Shown here piece after piece: positions 1-10,737 of a stretch of DNA of 64,000 bases; positions within the stretch are counted from its first letter, which is position 1, and every line of letters starts with the position of its first letter. Position numbers and translations under genes: made by a program. The notes below the pieces were generated by a model that made no database searches, was not told where the DNA came from, and worked only from the letters and a program-made list of their open reading frames with translations. The DNA is from a bacterium (GTDB lineage: Bacteria > SZUA-182 > DTGQ01 > JBLIRR01): positions 55,777-119,776 of the forward strand of contig JBLIRR010000012.1 in NCBI GenBank assembly GCA_049472395.1, read 5' to 3'.

Positions 1-461
1 AAGATATTGAATCAGCTCCTCATTGGATAGAGACATGTATTGAGCGTAAGCTATTAAAAAGAATAAGCCCGAGTGAGACATATACATATATGGTAAACGC
101 CGCCCCTTGGCCTATTAAAGACAGGGATTCAATCGTACACAATATCATTGAACAAGATCCAAATTCAGGCGTTGTGAATATAAGGGCAACATCAGTTCCT
201 GACTTTATACCGGAAAAGTCCCATTTAATGAGAGTTAAGGATATAGAGGCTTATTGGAGGTTCACTCCTCTTGCTGATGGATATGTTGAGATAGTATATA
301 GGGTTTATAATAATCCAGGTGGATATCTGCCTTCCTGGTTGGTAAATATAGCGACAATTTCGTATCCTTATAAAAGCATGATTAATCTTAAGAAGGTTAT
401 TACACAACCTAAATATCAACAGGCACATTACGATTTCATTTCTCAGAAGCTTTCCGAATAA
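1..461 (+). CDS. START/SRPBCC lipid-binding domain protein, C-terminal part (5' end probably outside window)
   Basis: Reading frame is open from position 3 to the stop at 459-461 with no upstream stop; first in-window ATG at 90; C-terminal motif GYLPSWLVN matches the conserved START-domain strand. Confidence 0.5.
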   Translation, partial: DIESAPHWIETCIERKLLKRISPSETYTYMVNAAPWPIKDRDSIVHNIIEQDPNSGVVNIRATSVPDFIPEKSHLMRVKDIEAYWRFTPLADGYVEIVYRVYNNPGGYLPSWLVNIATISYPYKSMINLKKVITQPKYQQAHYDFISQKLSE

Positions 462-512
462 TAAAATATTTTTCTGTAGAGTAAGCACACTCTAAATTGT
501 TCATGAGATTCA

Positions 513-521
513 TGGTATAAT
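513..521 (+). promoter_or_regulatory. Extended -10 element TGGTATAAT upstream of secreted-protein gene
   Basis: TGnTATAAT match about 45 nt upstream of ATG 567; AAGGAGGAA ribosome-binding site at 555-563. Confidence 0.35.
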
Positions 522-566
522 AATAATAAGAGAATTAAATAGTGATACTTATAAAAGTAAGGAGGA

Positions 567-1226
567 ATGTGTATGTTTTATAAAAATTCTAAAAAATTAT
601 TTGTAATTATATTTTTTATCGTATGTGCTGTGAGCCTTTCCTTTGCAATTTCTGCTCATGCACAGAATAATTGGACGGCTATGCCTCCCTATAATACGCT
701 GTGGCCCCTATGGTCTCCGGCACTTTCCCCTTATGATGCTGTTACAGGGATACGCACACCAATAGTGACAAGTCTTGAAGCTACTGTTGAACTTCCTGTT
801 GAACCTGCCATAACCTGGGACCCGAGTCTCGCATATCCCTGGCTCTTATATAACACGCCAGTCGGCATGGCTTATTTTGATCCACTCTATGGAATAAATT
901 TTTGGCCTCCTGCATCTTTACTTGATGACGCGGGCCTTCCTCTTCCCCTTGTATTACCTGATTTGTATAGTGCTTTAGCGCCGACAGATACAACGTGGCT
1001 GCAACAGAATGTCCTTTTTGCAAACTCTTATTTTCTCCAGGTATATCCCTCTTTGCTTGCAACTGCAGACCCAGCTGCATTAATAGCCGCTGCAACAATT
1101 CCTCTTCCTCCGGCAATAGTTGCGGCTCTCAACCTTGGATTACCGGTTGTAGGATTAGGAACAACTATTTTCCCTCCTCCTGATATACTCGATTTTCTCA
1201 CTCCTGCTGCCCTGTTAGGATTGTAA
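567..1226 (+). CDS. Secreted Pro/Trp/Tyr-rich protein, paralog of 23289-23912
   Basis: N-terminal signal peptide ending AISAHA; shared motifs PPYNTLWPLWSPALSP and YLLYNTPxGMAYxDPLYGINxWPP; strong RBS. Confidence 0.8.
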   Translation: MCMFYKNSKKLFVIIFFIVCAVSLSFAISAHAQNNWTAMPPYNTLWPLWSPALSPYDAVTGIRTPIVTSLEATVELPVEPAITWDPSLAYPWLLYNTPVGMAYFDPLYGINFWPPASLLDDAGLPLPLVLPDLYSALAPTDTTWLQQNVLFANSYFLQVYPSLLATADPAALIAAATIPLPPAIVAALNLGLPVVGLGTTIFPPPDILDFLTPAALLGL

Positions 1227-1298
1227 TTTTTTATCCTCGTCACACCACCCTTTCTCTGTATGGGAAAGGGTGGGTACAATAAACTCAAGGAAACATTC

Positions 1299-2723
1299 TT
1301 AGTGATGTCCGATTAAACGTTTTAACCTTTTATTGAGAGCAGATTGCGTTATACCTAAAAGGGATGCTGCTATTGATTGATTGTTTTTTGCTCTCTTTAA
1401 AGCTTCTTTAATGGCCAATTCTGAAATCTGACGCAGGGTTGGGAATTTATCTTTAATAATAAAGATCGGTTCATTTATTTTTCTGGCAGTATAATGTCCT
1501 GAGAGGTGAGAATCATTTATATGGCCAAGTTTTTCTCTAAAGCAGTTTAATGAGAGCGTGCCTCTGATATGCCTGCTGACGGCTTCAAATACCATTGCCT
1601 TTAATTCACGTATATTTCCTGGAAAATGATATGTTTCAAGTAGTGTGTATAATTGAGGGGGAATATTAGTGACCTTCACCCCGATCTCTTGAGATGCTTG
1701 ATGAATAAAATGATGTATGAGCACTGGTAAATCCTCAAAGCGCTCCCTGAGGGGAGGAACTTTAATTTCATAAACCCGAAGGCGATAATAAAGATCACTG
1801 CGAAATTTTTTCTGAACAACCAAATCACTTAAATTTTTATTCGTCGCGGTAATAATACGTGCATTGGCCCGTTCGACGAAATCTGAGCCGAGAGGATAAT
1901 ATTCGTGTGTTTCAAGAAGACGCAACAGCTTTATTTGTGAGGAAGCACTGAGGTCTCCAATCTCATCAAGAAAAAGAGTGCCGAATGCTGCTTTTTTGAT
2001 GAGCCCCTCACGGACAGTATCTGCACTTGTAAATGCACCTTTTTTATGTCCAAAGAGGGTATCGGCAAATACACTATCATCTAAACCCGCTGCATTAACC
2101 ACGATATAGTTGCCTTTCCTTCCGCTCAAGGAGTGAATACATTGTGCAATAAGTTCTTTTCCCGTGCCTGATTCACCCGAAATTTGAATGGGAAGGTTTG
2201 TTTTTGATATGGACTCAACGTAGAGAAATAATTTTTTCATTGAATCACTTGTAGTAATGATATTGGAGAATATTTTAGGATGTTTAAGTATATGTGAAAA
2301 AAAGTATTGTTTTAAATTAAGGTTTTCTTCTCTCAATTCCCTGATCTTCAGCGCATTTGTTACTGCAGTGATAAGTTTTTGATTCTCAATTGATTTGACT
2401 AAATAATCAGATGCCCCCATCTTCATGCATCGTATGGCTGTTTCAACTTCATTAAGACCAGTTATAATAATAATTGAGGTATCTGGAAAATCCTCTTTTA
2501 TTATGGGAAGTAATTTCTCTCCTGAAATATACGGCATAGTTAAGTCAAGCAGGACTAAGCCAACCTTCTTCTCATTTATAATTTCAATTACCTGTGTGCT
2601 TTCATTGCAGCATAATATATTGTTCATTCCTGCTGCTTTGAGCACTCGGCTAAGGCTTACTAAAATCTGGGTTTCATCATCTACAATTAATATAGGATTT
2701 AAGGGATATAATGTGTCATTCAT
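1299..2723 (-). CDS. Sigma-54-dependent response regulator (NtrC family)
   Basis: N-terminal receiver domain (ILIVDDE...), AAA+ sigma-54 activator motifs GESGTGKE and GAFTSA, C-terminal HTH; 8-nt overlap with upstream kinase gene. Confidence 0.9.
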   Translation of the reverse strand: MNDTLYPLNPILIVDDETQILVSLSRVLKAAGMNNILCCNESTQVIEIINEKKVGLVLLDLTMPYISGEKLLPIIKEDFPDTSIIIITGLNEVETAIRCMKMGASDYLVKSIENQKLITAVTNALKIRELREENLNLKQYFFSHILKHPKIFSNIITTSDSMKKLFLYVESISKTNLPIQISGESGTGKELIAQCIHSLSGRKGNYIVVNAAGLDDSVFADTLFGHKKGAFTSADTVREGLIKKAAFGTLFLDEIGDLSASSQIKLLRLLETHEYYPLGSDFVERANARIITATNKNLSDLVVQKKFRSDLYYRLRVYEIKVPPLRERFEDLPVLIHHFIHQASQEIGVKVTNIPPQLYTLLETYHFPGNIRELKAMVFEAVSRHIRGTLSLNCFREKLGHINDSHLSGHYTARKINEPIFIIKDKFPTLRQISELAIKEALKRAKNNQSIAASLLGITQSALNKRLKRLIGHH

Positions 2724-5418
2724 AATATTCTTTCCTCGCTGATAAAATAATTTGAGCTGTTGTTCCCTGACCCTCTTGCGAACTCAGATTCAGGCGTCCA
2801 TTATGTTCATTAATAATAGTCTGAGATACTGAAAGTCCAAGACCTGTCCCGCCCTGTTCCCTTTTTGTGGTAAAGAAGGGATCCTTAATTTTCTTAAGAT
2901 TGCGGTGAGGAATACCCGTTCCTTCATCTTTTACTTCAATGGTGACAGTCCCTTTATCTTTCTGTTGATAGGTTAAAATAAAAATACCCTGTGTTCTATT
3001 TGTTAAGGCATGACAGGCATTTTGGATTAAATTTATGACTACCTGCTCCAAGCGCTGGCTATTTCCTTGAATCATGGGCAGATTTTCATCAAGAAGAAAG
3101 GTAAAATTCCTGGTTGATTTTTTAAGCATAGTTGATGTAAGAGAAATGGCAGATTGAACTATTTGATTAATATTTAATAGGGTAAACTGTCTATGAGGAT
3201 CTTTTCTGGCAAAATTTTTTAATTCTTTCACGATTCTGTCAATCCTTATAGCGCCATCAGCGATATCGTTTAAGCAATTGAGAATGTCATCCCGAATATG
3301 TGAGTAGTGGAGCCCTCCAATAATAAAATCACCATTCTCTCCATAATAATTATTGAGAATGGGGAGCGCCCCCTCAAGAATCCTTCTCAAAAATGGAGTG
3401 TTTGACATAATAAACTGATTTGGATTATTTATCTCATGGGCCACTCCTGTTACCAGTGTCCCCAATGAGGCAAGCTTATCAGCCTGGATAAGCTGTTCTT
3501 GTTTTTCACGTGCTTCTTTTTCCATCTTTTTACGTTCAGTTATGTCTTCGATCATTCCCATTAAATATTTTGGATTGCCCGATTGCTCTCGAACAAGGCT
3601 CACAGTGAGGTTTGCCCAAATTATAGAGCCATTTTTATGATAATACCGTTTTTCTATGGAATATGTTTTTAGAGTATCGTGAAGCAATTTTTCATGATGC
3701 TCCAGATCTATTGCCAAATCTTCAGGATGTGTAATCTGCTCAAAGGTTAATTCTAATAATTCATTCTGAGTATAGCCGACCATTGTGCAAAAACGCTGGT
3801 TGACTTTAAGAAAACGCCCATCAGGCCTCGCATATACCATACCAACGGCAGCCTGTTCAAATATCTTCCGGAATCGCTCTTCACTTTCTCTCAAGGCCTT
3901 CTCAGTCCGTTTACGCATCGTGATATCTTGCACTGTTCCATATAAGCGTCGTGGATTTTCCTCCTTATCTCTCTCTACTATTCCTTGAGAAAACAATATT
4001 CTTTCTTCCCCATGATTTGTGATAATTCGATACTCAATCTCGTAGGAATTACCATTTTTCAGTGTATCGTGGATAGCCATATTGAGATGAATAAAATCGT
4101 CAGGATACACCCTATCCCTATATATATCATAAGTAATATCAACTGCTTTTGGTTCGTAGCCGAATAATCTATATACTTCATCTGACCATGTTATTGTGCC
4201 CTCAGTTATGTCCCACTCCCAGTCGCCGATGTGGCCGATCTCTTGAGCCTTCGCTAATCTATCGCGATTTCCTTGCAGTTTCTTTTCAACCTCTTTACGT
4301 TCGGCGATTTCCTTTTTTAATTGCTCATTGCTCATTTTGAGCTCAACTGTGCGCTCGTTTACCATATGCTCAAGATGATCCCGGTGTTTTATAAGTTCTT
4401 CTTCCGCCTGTTTTCGTTCAATAATCTCACCTATTCGTTTTGCGATTATTTTAATGAGATCCTTATCTGAACCTCGATCTTTTTCACGATAACTTATTTC
4501 CAATGATCCTTTTACATTACCATGAACTTTAATAGGCTCTGAGTGCGTGCATTCGCTCTGTTGGGGACTGTGGGTAGTATATTCATAATCTTCAAAGATT
4601 ATTTTAGGGTTGGTCATGTTCGAATGTTTCAATGAAGAGGAAATAATCTTTACTGCTTCCTGAATTATTTTCTCTAAGCTCATATAGTGCTCATCAATTC
4701 TTGAAATCCCATAGAGACAGTTGAGTTCTTTCAGCCGCTTATTAAGAATGAGCATTAGCAATCTGTTTTCCTTCTCTACCTTTTTCCGCTTAGTAATATC
4801 CTTAATATCTTCAACAATCCCCACAAGCTCACCCGTGAGACTCTTGAAGGGCGTTGCTGTGACAATACAATGAATTTTGATCCCATTTTGCCCCTCTTTT
4901 TCAACATCGCATTCTATATACCTCTCGCCTCGTAGAATTTTATTTAATGGACAATCAAGGGTTTGACACAGCGAGCCATGAAATGTCTCAAAACACTTTT
5001 TCCCTATTGCATCCTCTCTATTTACACCTAACATCTTTGACAGAGTGTCATTAATTTTAAGCACAGTGAAATCTTTATTAATTAAGCGCATGCCATCGGC
5101 CGCTGTGTTAAATATCTGATCGAGCTCAATTTGAGCGAATTTGATAACATCTTTTTCCTGCTTTAGTCTGTTCATTATATATTGCGCGCTCGCTCCGAAT
5201 AGTATGATTAATACTATGATTATTACACGCATCCATATTTCATGGAGAGGAGGAGTCATTAGATGGTTGAGGAAATTATGTCCCGGAAATATATATGCAT
5301 GAATTTCGGATCCAAGTACCCAATAAAGTGCGCCTGTAACGATGCCGGCAAGAAGGAATGGCCCCCCTGCTTTATTCGCTACTTCTCTCATTCTTACTTT
5401 TCTTATATTGTGTATCAC
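2716..5418 (-). CDS. Membrane-anchored multi-PAS sensor histidine kinase
   Basis: N-terminal TM helices, several PAS-like segments, coiled-coil, HisKA H-box (GVAHEINNP) and HATPase_c G-boxes (GTGIPH, GGTGLGLS). Confidence 0.9.
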   Translation of the reverse strand: MIHNIRKVRMREVANKAGGPFLLAGIVTGALYWVLGSEIHAYIFPGHNFLNHLMTPPLHEIWMRVIIIVLIILFGASAQYIMNRLKQEKDVIKFAQIELDQIFNTAADGMRLINKDFTVLKINDTLSKMLGVNREDAIGKKCFETFHGSLCQTLDCPLNKILRGERYIECDVEKEGQNGIKIHCIVTATPFKSLTGELVGIVEDIKDITKRKKVEKENRLLMLILNKRLKELNCLYGISRIDEHYMSLEKIIQEAVKIISSSLKHSNMTNPKIIFEDYEYTTHSPQQSECTHSEPIKVHGNVKGSLEISYREKDRGSDKDLIKIIAKRIGEIIERKQAEEELIKHRDHLEHMVNERTVELKMSNEQLKKEIAERKEVEKKLQGNRDRLAKAQEIGHIGDWEWDITEGTITWSDEVYRLFGYEPKAVDITYDIYRDRVYPDDFIHLNMAIHDTLKNGNSYEIEYRIITNHGEERILFSQGIVERDKEENPRRLYGTVQDITMRKRTEKALRESEERFRKIFEQAAVGMVYARPDGRFLKVNQRFCTMVGYTQNELLELTFEQITHPEDLAIDLEHHEKLLHDTLKTYSIEKRYYHKNGSIIWANLTVSLVREQSGNPKYLMGMIEDITERKKMEKEAREKQEQLIQADKLASLGTLVTGVAHEINNPNQFIMSNTPFLRRILEGALPILNNYYGENGDFIIGGLHYSHIRDDILNCLNDIADGAIRIDRIVKELKNFARKDPHRQFTLLNINQIVQSAISLTSTMLKKSTRNFTFLLDENLPMIQGNSQRLEQVVINLIQNACHALTNRTQGIFILTYQQKDKGTVTIEVKDEGTGIPHRNLKKIKDPFFTTKREQGGTGLGLSVSQTIINEHNGRLNLSSQEGQGTTAQIILSARKEYYE

Positions 5419-5487
5419 TCGCGTACTCTAATAAAATAAATATAGTTATAATTCTTTTCGGAATATGAAAAATAATTCATTATTTAT

Positions 5488-5517
5488 AAAAAAAAGGGCG
5501 GTCTGTGAAGACCGCCC
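5488..5517 (-). terminator. Rho-independent terminator downstream of MCP gene
   Basis: GC-rich hairpin GGGCGGTC/GACCGCCC with 6-nt loop (5496-5517); on the minus strand it is followed by a run of 8 U (A-run 5488-5495). Confidence 0.7.
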
Positions 5518-5570
5518 TTTCTGCTGTGAGAAATCTCACCTAAGAAATCGATGTGCGATATCTCACGGTA

Positions 5571-7898
5571 TCAATATTTTCCGAATTCATTATCATCAAG
5601 AGCTATGATCTTTTTGGGATCAACCTTGACAACTCCTATATTATGCATATTCTCGCCACCTGTGCCATGGAGCTGGCCGGTGCTATGAGCAGGGAGAGAC
5701 CTGACTTTATCAGATGGCCTCCTCGTAGGTGCTTGAGCATACATTTGCCGCTGGTGTTGATAATTCTTCAGGGTAAAGTGCTGGAGCAATCCTTTTAATT
5801 GATTGGCCTGGCTTGATAATTCCTCAGCAGCAGATGCCCCCTCTTCAGCATTGGCAGTCGCCTGCTGAGTTACTTGGTCTATCTGACTAAGCCCCTGATT
5901 AACCTGTGCTATCCCCTGAGCCTGATCATTTGATGCTGCGGCAATTTCGGCGACAAGATCCGAGGCCTTTGTGACACCTGTTAAGATTTCATTCAGAGCA
6001 TCGGCAGTTTTATTCGCAATGTCTGTGCCATTTTCTGTTTTCTTTACAGAGCCTTCGATAAGCTCTGCGGTCTCTTTGGCTGCCTTGGCACTTCGTCCGG
6101 CCAAATTCCTGACTTCTTCCGCCACAACTGCAAAACCTTTTCCGTGTTTTCCTGCCCGTGCAGCTTCTACCGCTGCATTGAGAGCGAGTAGATTTGTCTG
6201 GAACGCTATCTCATCAATGACCTTGATGATTTTCGAGATATTCTTACCTGATTCATTTATTTCACCCATGGCACTCACCATATCCTGCATCTGTGAATTT
6301 CCTCTTTCTGCTGCTGCTCGTGCTTCATTGGCGAGCTGATTTGCCTGATTAGCATTTTCCGCGTTTTGTTTTGTTTGAGATCCCATCTCATTCATAGAGC
6401 TTGTGATCTGCTCAAGGGAGGATGCTTGCTCTGTAGCTCCTTGTGAAACCGACTGACTTGAGTCGGAAACCTGCTGTGAACCTGATGCGATTTGTTCCAC
6501 TGATAAGCTGATCTGTCCCATAATATTGTTAAGATCACTATTCATTTTTATTAAGGCTGTTCCTATAACGTCCTTCTCATCCTTTCGTTTGGCATCAAAG
6601 GATAAATCCCCTTCGGCAAGCTTTTGTAAAGACCCGACAAATTCATATTGAAGATAATCTGCAAAGTGATCCATGGCCATGGCCATTTGGCCTATTTCAT
6701 CCTTATCTTCTATATTGAGGCGCATATCAAGATGGCCAGTGCTCATCTCCTTAATCATGTCAACAGTTTTATTGAGCGGGTTTACAATGCTGCGGGTAAT
6801 AATTAAGGCAGCAAAGATCCCCGCAATGATGGCAAGAAGAGAGATAAGAGGCACCACCACTAAAGTCTTATCAATCTTTTGCCCCATCTGCGTTGTTGCA
6901 GAACTCGCCATTTCAGTGAGCCTGTCCCTGATCCTTCCCAGAACCGCAAGCGTCTCCTCAGCGGCAGTCTCTGTTTCTTCCTGCATAATATGCATCGCCT
7001 CTTCAATTGATGCTTCGGCCTCTTTTTGGGCAATCATTGACTTATGATACCTCTCCCCTGCTTCTTTAAATGAATTGAGGCTGTTTTGTATACTGCTTAG
7101 AGTAGGGTGAAGCCCTGATATTCCTTCGATAAGGCTTGCCCAGGAGGAAATCCCCTCTTCAACTGAGCGAAGCTGCTCTTTATACGTAGCCCATTGTTCA
7201 TTAGTCGGAGTAATAGCAAGCTCTGCTGCTTCCGAGCGCAGTATGAGAAATGGAGCAATAACGCCTTCATTCATCTCCATATCAATTTCTCCCCATTTCA
7301 CTATAGCCGCTATATTTCCTCCCTGTTCAGCCTTCTCTTTTGCAGGATCAATAACATTTTCCATTCCCCTGTCAAGTGTTTCAGTGAATTTTTGAGCTAT
7401 TCTATCCCATTCTTCCCGAACCTCCTCTTGAATTTCCTGGGCTCTCATATAGTCTTCCCACTTGTAAAGGTTTTTAATTTTTATAGCTGATGCATGCAGT
7501 CGGTGATGGGGCTCCTCAACCTCTCGGAGAAGGCGGGCTATTTCAGGATCTTCTGCGGCGATCTCCCGGGCATCCTCTCCATAGAGCCACTGGCCGAAGC
7601 CGCACTTACGGTCATCTGTTTCAACATCAAGGCTGGTGACCTTATCATCTGCAAACATATTATTGACTCTACCCATCCACCGGACATGATCTATGATTCT
7701 CTGAAGAATTTCCGCTTGCAGGTGATCATGTTCCACAACTTCATGAGCCAAATGGTCAACAGAGCGGAAGTTGACATAACACATACCCCCGATAAGGGTC
7801 AGAAGAACAAGTATCACCCCGAATCCACATCCAAGTTTTGCAGAAAGTCTCATATTTTTAAACATGGCTGTAAGCTCCTTTCTTTGTTGTGGTATCAA
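5571..7898 (-). CDS. Methyl-accepting chemotaxis protein with CZB-like motif in the N-terminal sensor region
   Basis: Two TM segments flanking a ~300-aa domain, HAMP, MCP signalling domain ([19 protein letters not shown]); HxxxW...CGFGQW...HHRLH spacing matches the chemoreceptor zinc-binding signature; true start may be the internal MFKNMRL. Confidence 0.9.
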   Translation of the reverse strand: MIPQQRKELTAMFKNMRLSAKLGCGFGVILVLLTLIGGMCYVNFRSVDHLAHEVVEHDHLQAEILQRIIDHVRWMGRVNNMFADDKVTSLDVETDDRKCGFGQWLYGEDAREIAAEDPEIARLLREVEEPHHRLHASAIKIKNLYKWEDYMRAQEIQEEVREEWDRIAQKFTETLDRGMENVIDPAKEKAEQGGNIAAIVKWGEIDMEMNEGVIAPFLILRSEAAELAITPTNEQWATYKEQLRSVEEGISSWASLIEGISGLHPTLSSIQNSLNSFKEAGERYHKSMIAQKEAEASIEEAMHIMQEETETAAEETLAVLGRIRDRLTEMASSATTQMGQKIDKTLVVVPLISLLAIIAGIFAALIITRSIVNPLNKTVDMIKEMSTGHLDMRLNIEDKDEIGQMAMAMDHFADYLQYEFVGSLQKLAEGDLSFDAKRKDEKDVIGTALIKMNSDLNNIMGQISLSVEQIASGSQQVSDSSQSVSQGATEQASSLEQITSSMNEMGSQTKQNAENANQANQLANEARAAAERGNSQMQDMVSAMGEINESGKNISKIIKVIDEIAFQTNLLALNAAVEAARAGKHGKGFAVVAEEVRNLAGRSAKAAKETAELIEGSVKKTENGTDIANKTADALNEILTGVTKASDLVAEIAAASNDQAQGIAQVNQGLSQIDQVTQQATANAEEGASAAEELSSQANQLKGLLQHFTLKNYQHQRQMYAQAPTRRPSDKVRSLPAHSTGQLHGTGGENMHNIGVVKVDPKKIIALDDNEFGKY

Positions 7899-8424
7899 TC
7901 ATTGTGTCACGGTCTTTCTCAATTTGCATAAGCTCTTCTTCAAAGAGTAGTTTATTAACGTCAAGGAGTATTTTAACCTCTTCCCCCACCTTGCCCATGC
8001 CTTTTATGTAACTGCTCTTCACCCCTTTTCCCGTCCTTGGGGGAGGTTCTATATGAGATTCCGGGATATCCATAACCTCGCTCACTGTATCAACCACTAA
8101 GCCTATGGCTATATCATTTATATTGACCACCATGATACATGTCCGATCATCATATTCTCGAGACTGAAGATTAAAGCGGGTGCGCACATCCATAACCGGG
8201 ATCACCTTTCCCCGTAAATTGATCACCCCCTTCATAAAATCAGGCATATCCGGTACCTCGGTAATCTTTTGAATACCGATGATTTCCGTGACATATCGTA
8301 TATCAATCCCATAATCTTCCTTTCCCACGCAAAAGGTGAGAAACTTATCTTTTTGAGCATCCTCATCCTCATCCTCATCATACATGTCCTCATCAAACAG
8401 CTTATTATTTTGATTATCAGTCAT
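7858..8424 (-). CDS. cheW: Chemotaxis coupling protein CheW
   Basis: CheW-like domain ([43 protein letters not shown]) preceded by an acidic N-terminal tail; overlaps the MCP gene start. Confidence 0.85.
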   Translation of the reverse strand: MTDNQNNKLFDEDMYDEDEDEDAQKDKFLTFCVGKEDYGIDIRYVTEIIGIQKITEVPDMPDFMKGVINLRGKVIPVMDVRTRFNLQSREYDDRTCIMVVNINDIAIGLVVDTVSEVMDIPESHIEPPPRTGKGVKSSYIKGMGKVGEEVKILLDVNKLLFEEELMQIEKDRDTMIDTTTKKGAYSHV

Positions 8425-8699
8425 TATCCTCCTCCTTGTTAAATATGATGAACTTGTAGTTTATAAAGCATAGATAGTATACTATGCGATGGAGACTAAG
8501 CACATAGAATGCCACACAATGTAAAGAACCTATGTCATTGAAATGATGAAAGATAAGACGAGACCAGAAGGATCGAGAGGGGTATGAGATAGTACATCCT
8601 AATTCTGTGAAAAAAGGAATAAAAAGGCCTTTTTATTACACGCTATAGAGAGGCGCATCAAAAAAAAATGTGAGGCAAAATGTCATACCCCTTGCTGCC

Positions 8700-9683
8700 C
8701 TATTTTCGATATTCTTTTAGGAGCGATGTTTGTAAAAAATTAAAGATTTGGGGGAGGGTCATATATCCTTTGGCTTTTAATTTTTTTAAATCAATAATGC
8801 CGCCAGCCATGGATGCGTGGCCTCCATATTCCCCGAAATCTTCTATGATGCGCCCTAATATATCAACGGAGTTGTGCTTTGAATATTCACTTCTTACAGA
8901 AATATACAGAAATTTTTTATCATGGGTAACTGTTACCATAAAATCAATATCCTGAATTTGAAAAAAAAAATCGCTGATAATCCCAAGAAGTGACGAAGAG
9001 GCATGAGGCCCCACATAGGTAAATCCAAATCCTCCCTTTGTGAATAGATTTGATATTCCTCGTTTGACGAATTCAATGTCCTTAAGCTCGAGATTATTAA
9101 TTAACACATGATTGATAAAGTTTATATCTGCGCGAGAATAGAGATAAGAGAATGCATTAAGATCTGGTTTTCTGACACCCCGAAGCATTTTCATTGTGTC
9201 AGTACTTAGTCCTATAAAGAGGGCTCCTGCAACTGATGCTGGAATGGTGAGCTTTGCTTCAATCAAATATTCTGTAATGATAGTACTGCATGAGCCATAG
9301 GTGGGCCGTATATCACAGAATTCAATCCCCGGGATTTTTTGTGCTCCCTCATGATGATCTATGACAGCGACTATTTTTGATTGAAGTTTTGGTATATTTT
9401 GTTTATCCGGTCTCCCATCTACTATGATAGTGCCATCATTCTCGGATAGACCGACCATTTTAACATGAACTATATCGATCTTTAAAAGATGTATCATTTT
9501 TTTTGTTATTTTTCTTTGGATCGTACCGCTATAACAAAATAGAGAGTTTATATTATTCTTCTTAAACAAATAGGAAAGGCCAAATCCCGCACCTATCGAA
9601 TCCGGATCGGGGAACTTGTGAGGGACTATAATAATACGCTTATATCGTCTACAAATATCTAAAAGTCTTGCTGAATGATCCAT
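8700..9683 (-). CDS. DHH/DHHA1 phosphoesterase (NrnA-like oligoribonuclease / pAp phosphatase)
   Basis: DHH motifs (FPDPDSIGAG, VIDHHEG) and DHHA1 motif GGHASMAGG. Confidence 0.8.
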   Translation of the reverse strand: MDHSARLLDICRRYKRIIIVPHKFPDPDSIGAGFGLSYLFKKNNINSLFCYSGTIQRKITKKMIHLLKIDIVHVKMVGLSENDGTIIVDGRPDKQNIPKLQSKIVAVIDHHEGAQKIPGIEFCDIRPTYGSCSTIITEYLIEAKLTIPASVAGALFIGLSTDTMKMLRGVRKPDLNAFSYLYSRADINFINHVLINNLELKDIEFVKRGISNLFTKGGFGFTYVGPHASSSLLGIISDFFFQIQDIDFMVTVTHDKKFLYISVRSEYSKHNSVDILGRIIEDFGEYGGHASMAGGIIDLKKLKAKGYMTLPQIFNFLQTSLLKEYRK

Positions 9684-9951
9684 ATCGATTTTATCTCTTA
9701 TCCGATTGCCTATCGGAGTTATTTATAGCATACGCAACTCTATTTTACAACCTTAAGGAAATAATACGTATGTGGCAAAAATTGATGAAATATATAAATT
9801 CCAGAGATCATTTTGAAATTGGCCGATGACTATGCATATGGTAAAAAGTAGCGCATGCTTATAAGAGAGAGAATATTCTAAACAATCAAATAATTAAGAC
9901 AATATAAAAAAGAGCAATAGAGAAGAATGAAAGGTGACGAAGGAGATATTT

Positions 9952-10737
9952 ATGAAAAGATGCCCGGTATCCGACAAAAAATATGATCAGGATATATTTA
10001 ACAATCTCGATGAAGTTGATATAAAGCATTTTGAGAATCAAGTGGCGCAATTTATGCGGCAGAAGCTTGATCTTATTCTTATAAAAAGCCATCGAGATAA
10101 TCAGAACAGATTAGAATATCCTGAGCTCATGCGATTGTTTTATATCGAAGCATCGGAGAAACCACTCTATCAAAATTTAAACAGGGCAGATGACGTTGAT
10201 GATTTGATTGCTCATATAATTGACCTTTCTATGAAATTGGGAAGATCTATCGGTGAAATAGTGTATAAATATAAAGAGAAAGTGGATAGAGAGGTATATG
10301 AACATATCCAAATGCTCTCCTCAATAGTGAAAGAATTTATTCAGCAGATGAAGCAAAAAAAAGGCGTGTATAGGATTTCAGAAAAAAGTACCGTGAAGGA
10401 TATGCAATATCAATTTTACGGATTTCTTAAAAAGAATTTTGATATATATCTGCTGGATAAGATTATTCCTCCTATTTTAGACGGAATTGAAGCTGGGCAT
10501 AGCGATGTGTATGAACTCATTCTCAAGTCTGTCAATGAGTTTTTATCTCACATGGGGATAATTACCTTAGAGTTGAGGGAGGATCAAGAAATTGATTATG
10601 AACTATGGACACCACTTGAATCAGATGATCATGACACCGGAGAGTATACACCTCAAAACCGTATAAAGAAAATCATTCAGTTGCCCTATGTTTTTGATAG
10701 AAATCATATGGTAAAACAGGGGAAAATTATTAGCTAA
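9952..10737 (+). CDS. Hypothetical protein with divergent GrpE-like C-terminal region
   Basis: ORF in the track begins at GTG 9934; ATG 9952 has a GAAGGAGAT RBS; C-terminal segment (LESDDHDTGEY...QGKII) loosely resembles the GrpE beta-domain. Confidence 0.45.
   Translation: MKRCPVSDKKYDQDIFNNLDEVDIKHFENQVAQFMRQKLDLILIKSHRDNQNRLEYPELMRLFYIEASEKPLYQNLNRADDVDDLIAHIIDLSMKLGRSIGEIVYKYKEKVDREVYEHIQMLSSIVKEFIQQMKQKKGVYRISEKSTVKDMQYQFYGFLKKNFDIYLLDKIIPPILDGIEAGHSDVYELILKSVNEFLSHMGIITLELREDQEIDYELWTPLESDDHDTGEYTPQNRIKKIIQLPYVFDRNHMVKQGKIIS

Noticed and set aside
781-1288. Minus-strand and alternative-frame ORFs (111, 86 and 62 aa) overlapping the secreted-protein gene
   Set aside because: The plus-strand frame has a signal peptide, an RBS and a paralog elsewhere in the window; the overlapping frames are artefacts.
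3785-4340. Three 60-67-aa plus-strand ORFs inside the histidine kinase gene
   Set aside because: Antisense to a confidently assigned kinase gene, with no start-site signals.
5971-7931. Several 98-145-aa ORFs on the plus strand inside the MCP gene
   Set aside because: They are antisense to a high-confidence MCP coding sequence, with low-complexity translations typical of mirror frames.
8621-8635. AAAAAGGCCTTTTT palindrome downstream of the DHH phosphoesterase gene
   Set aside because: The stem is mostly A-T with essentially no loop, too weak to call a terminator.
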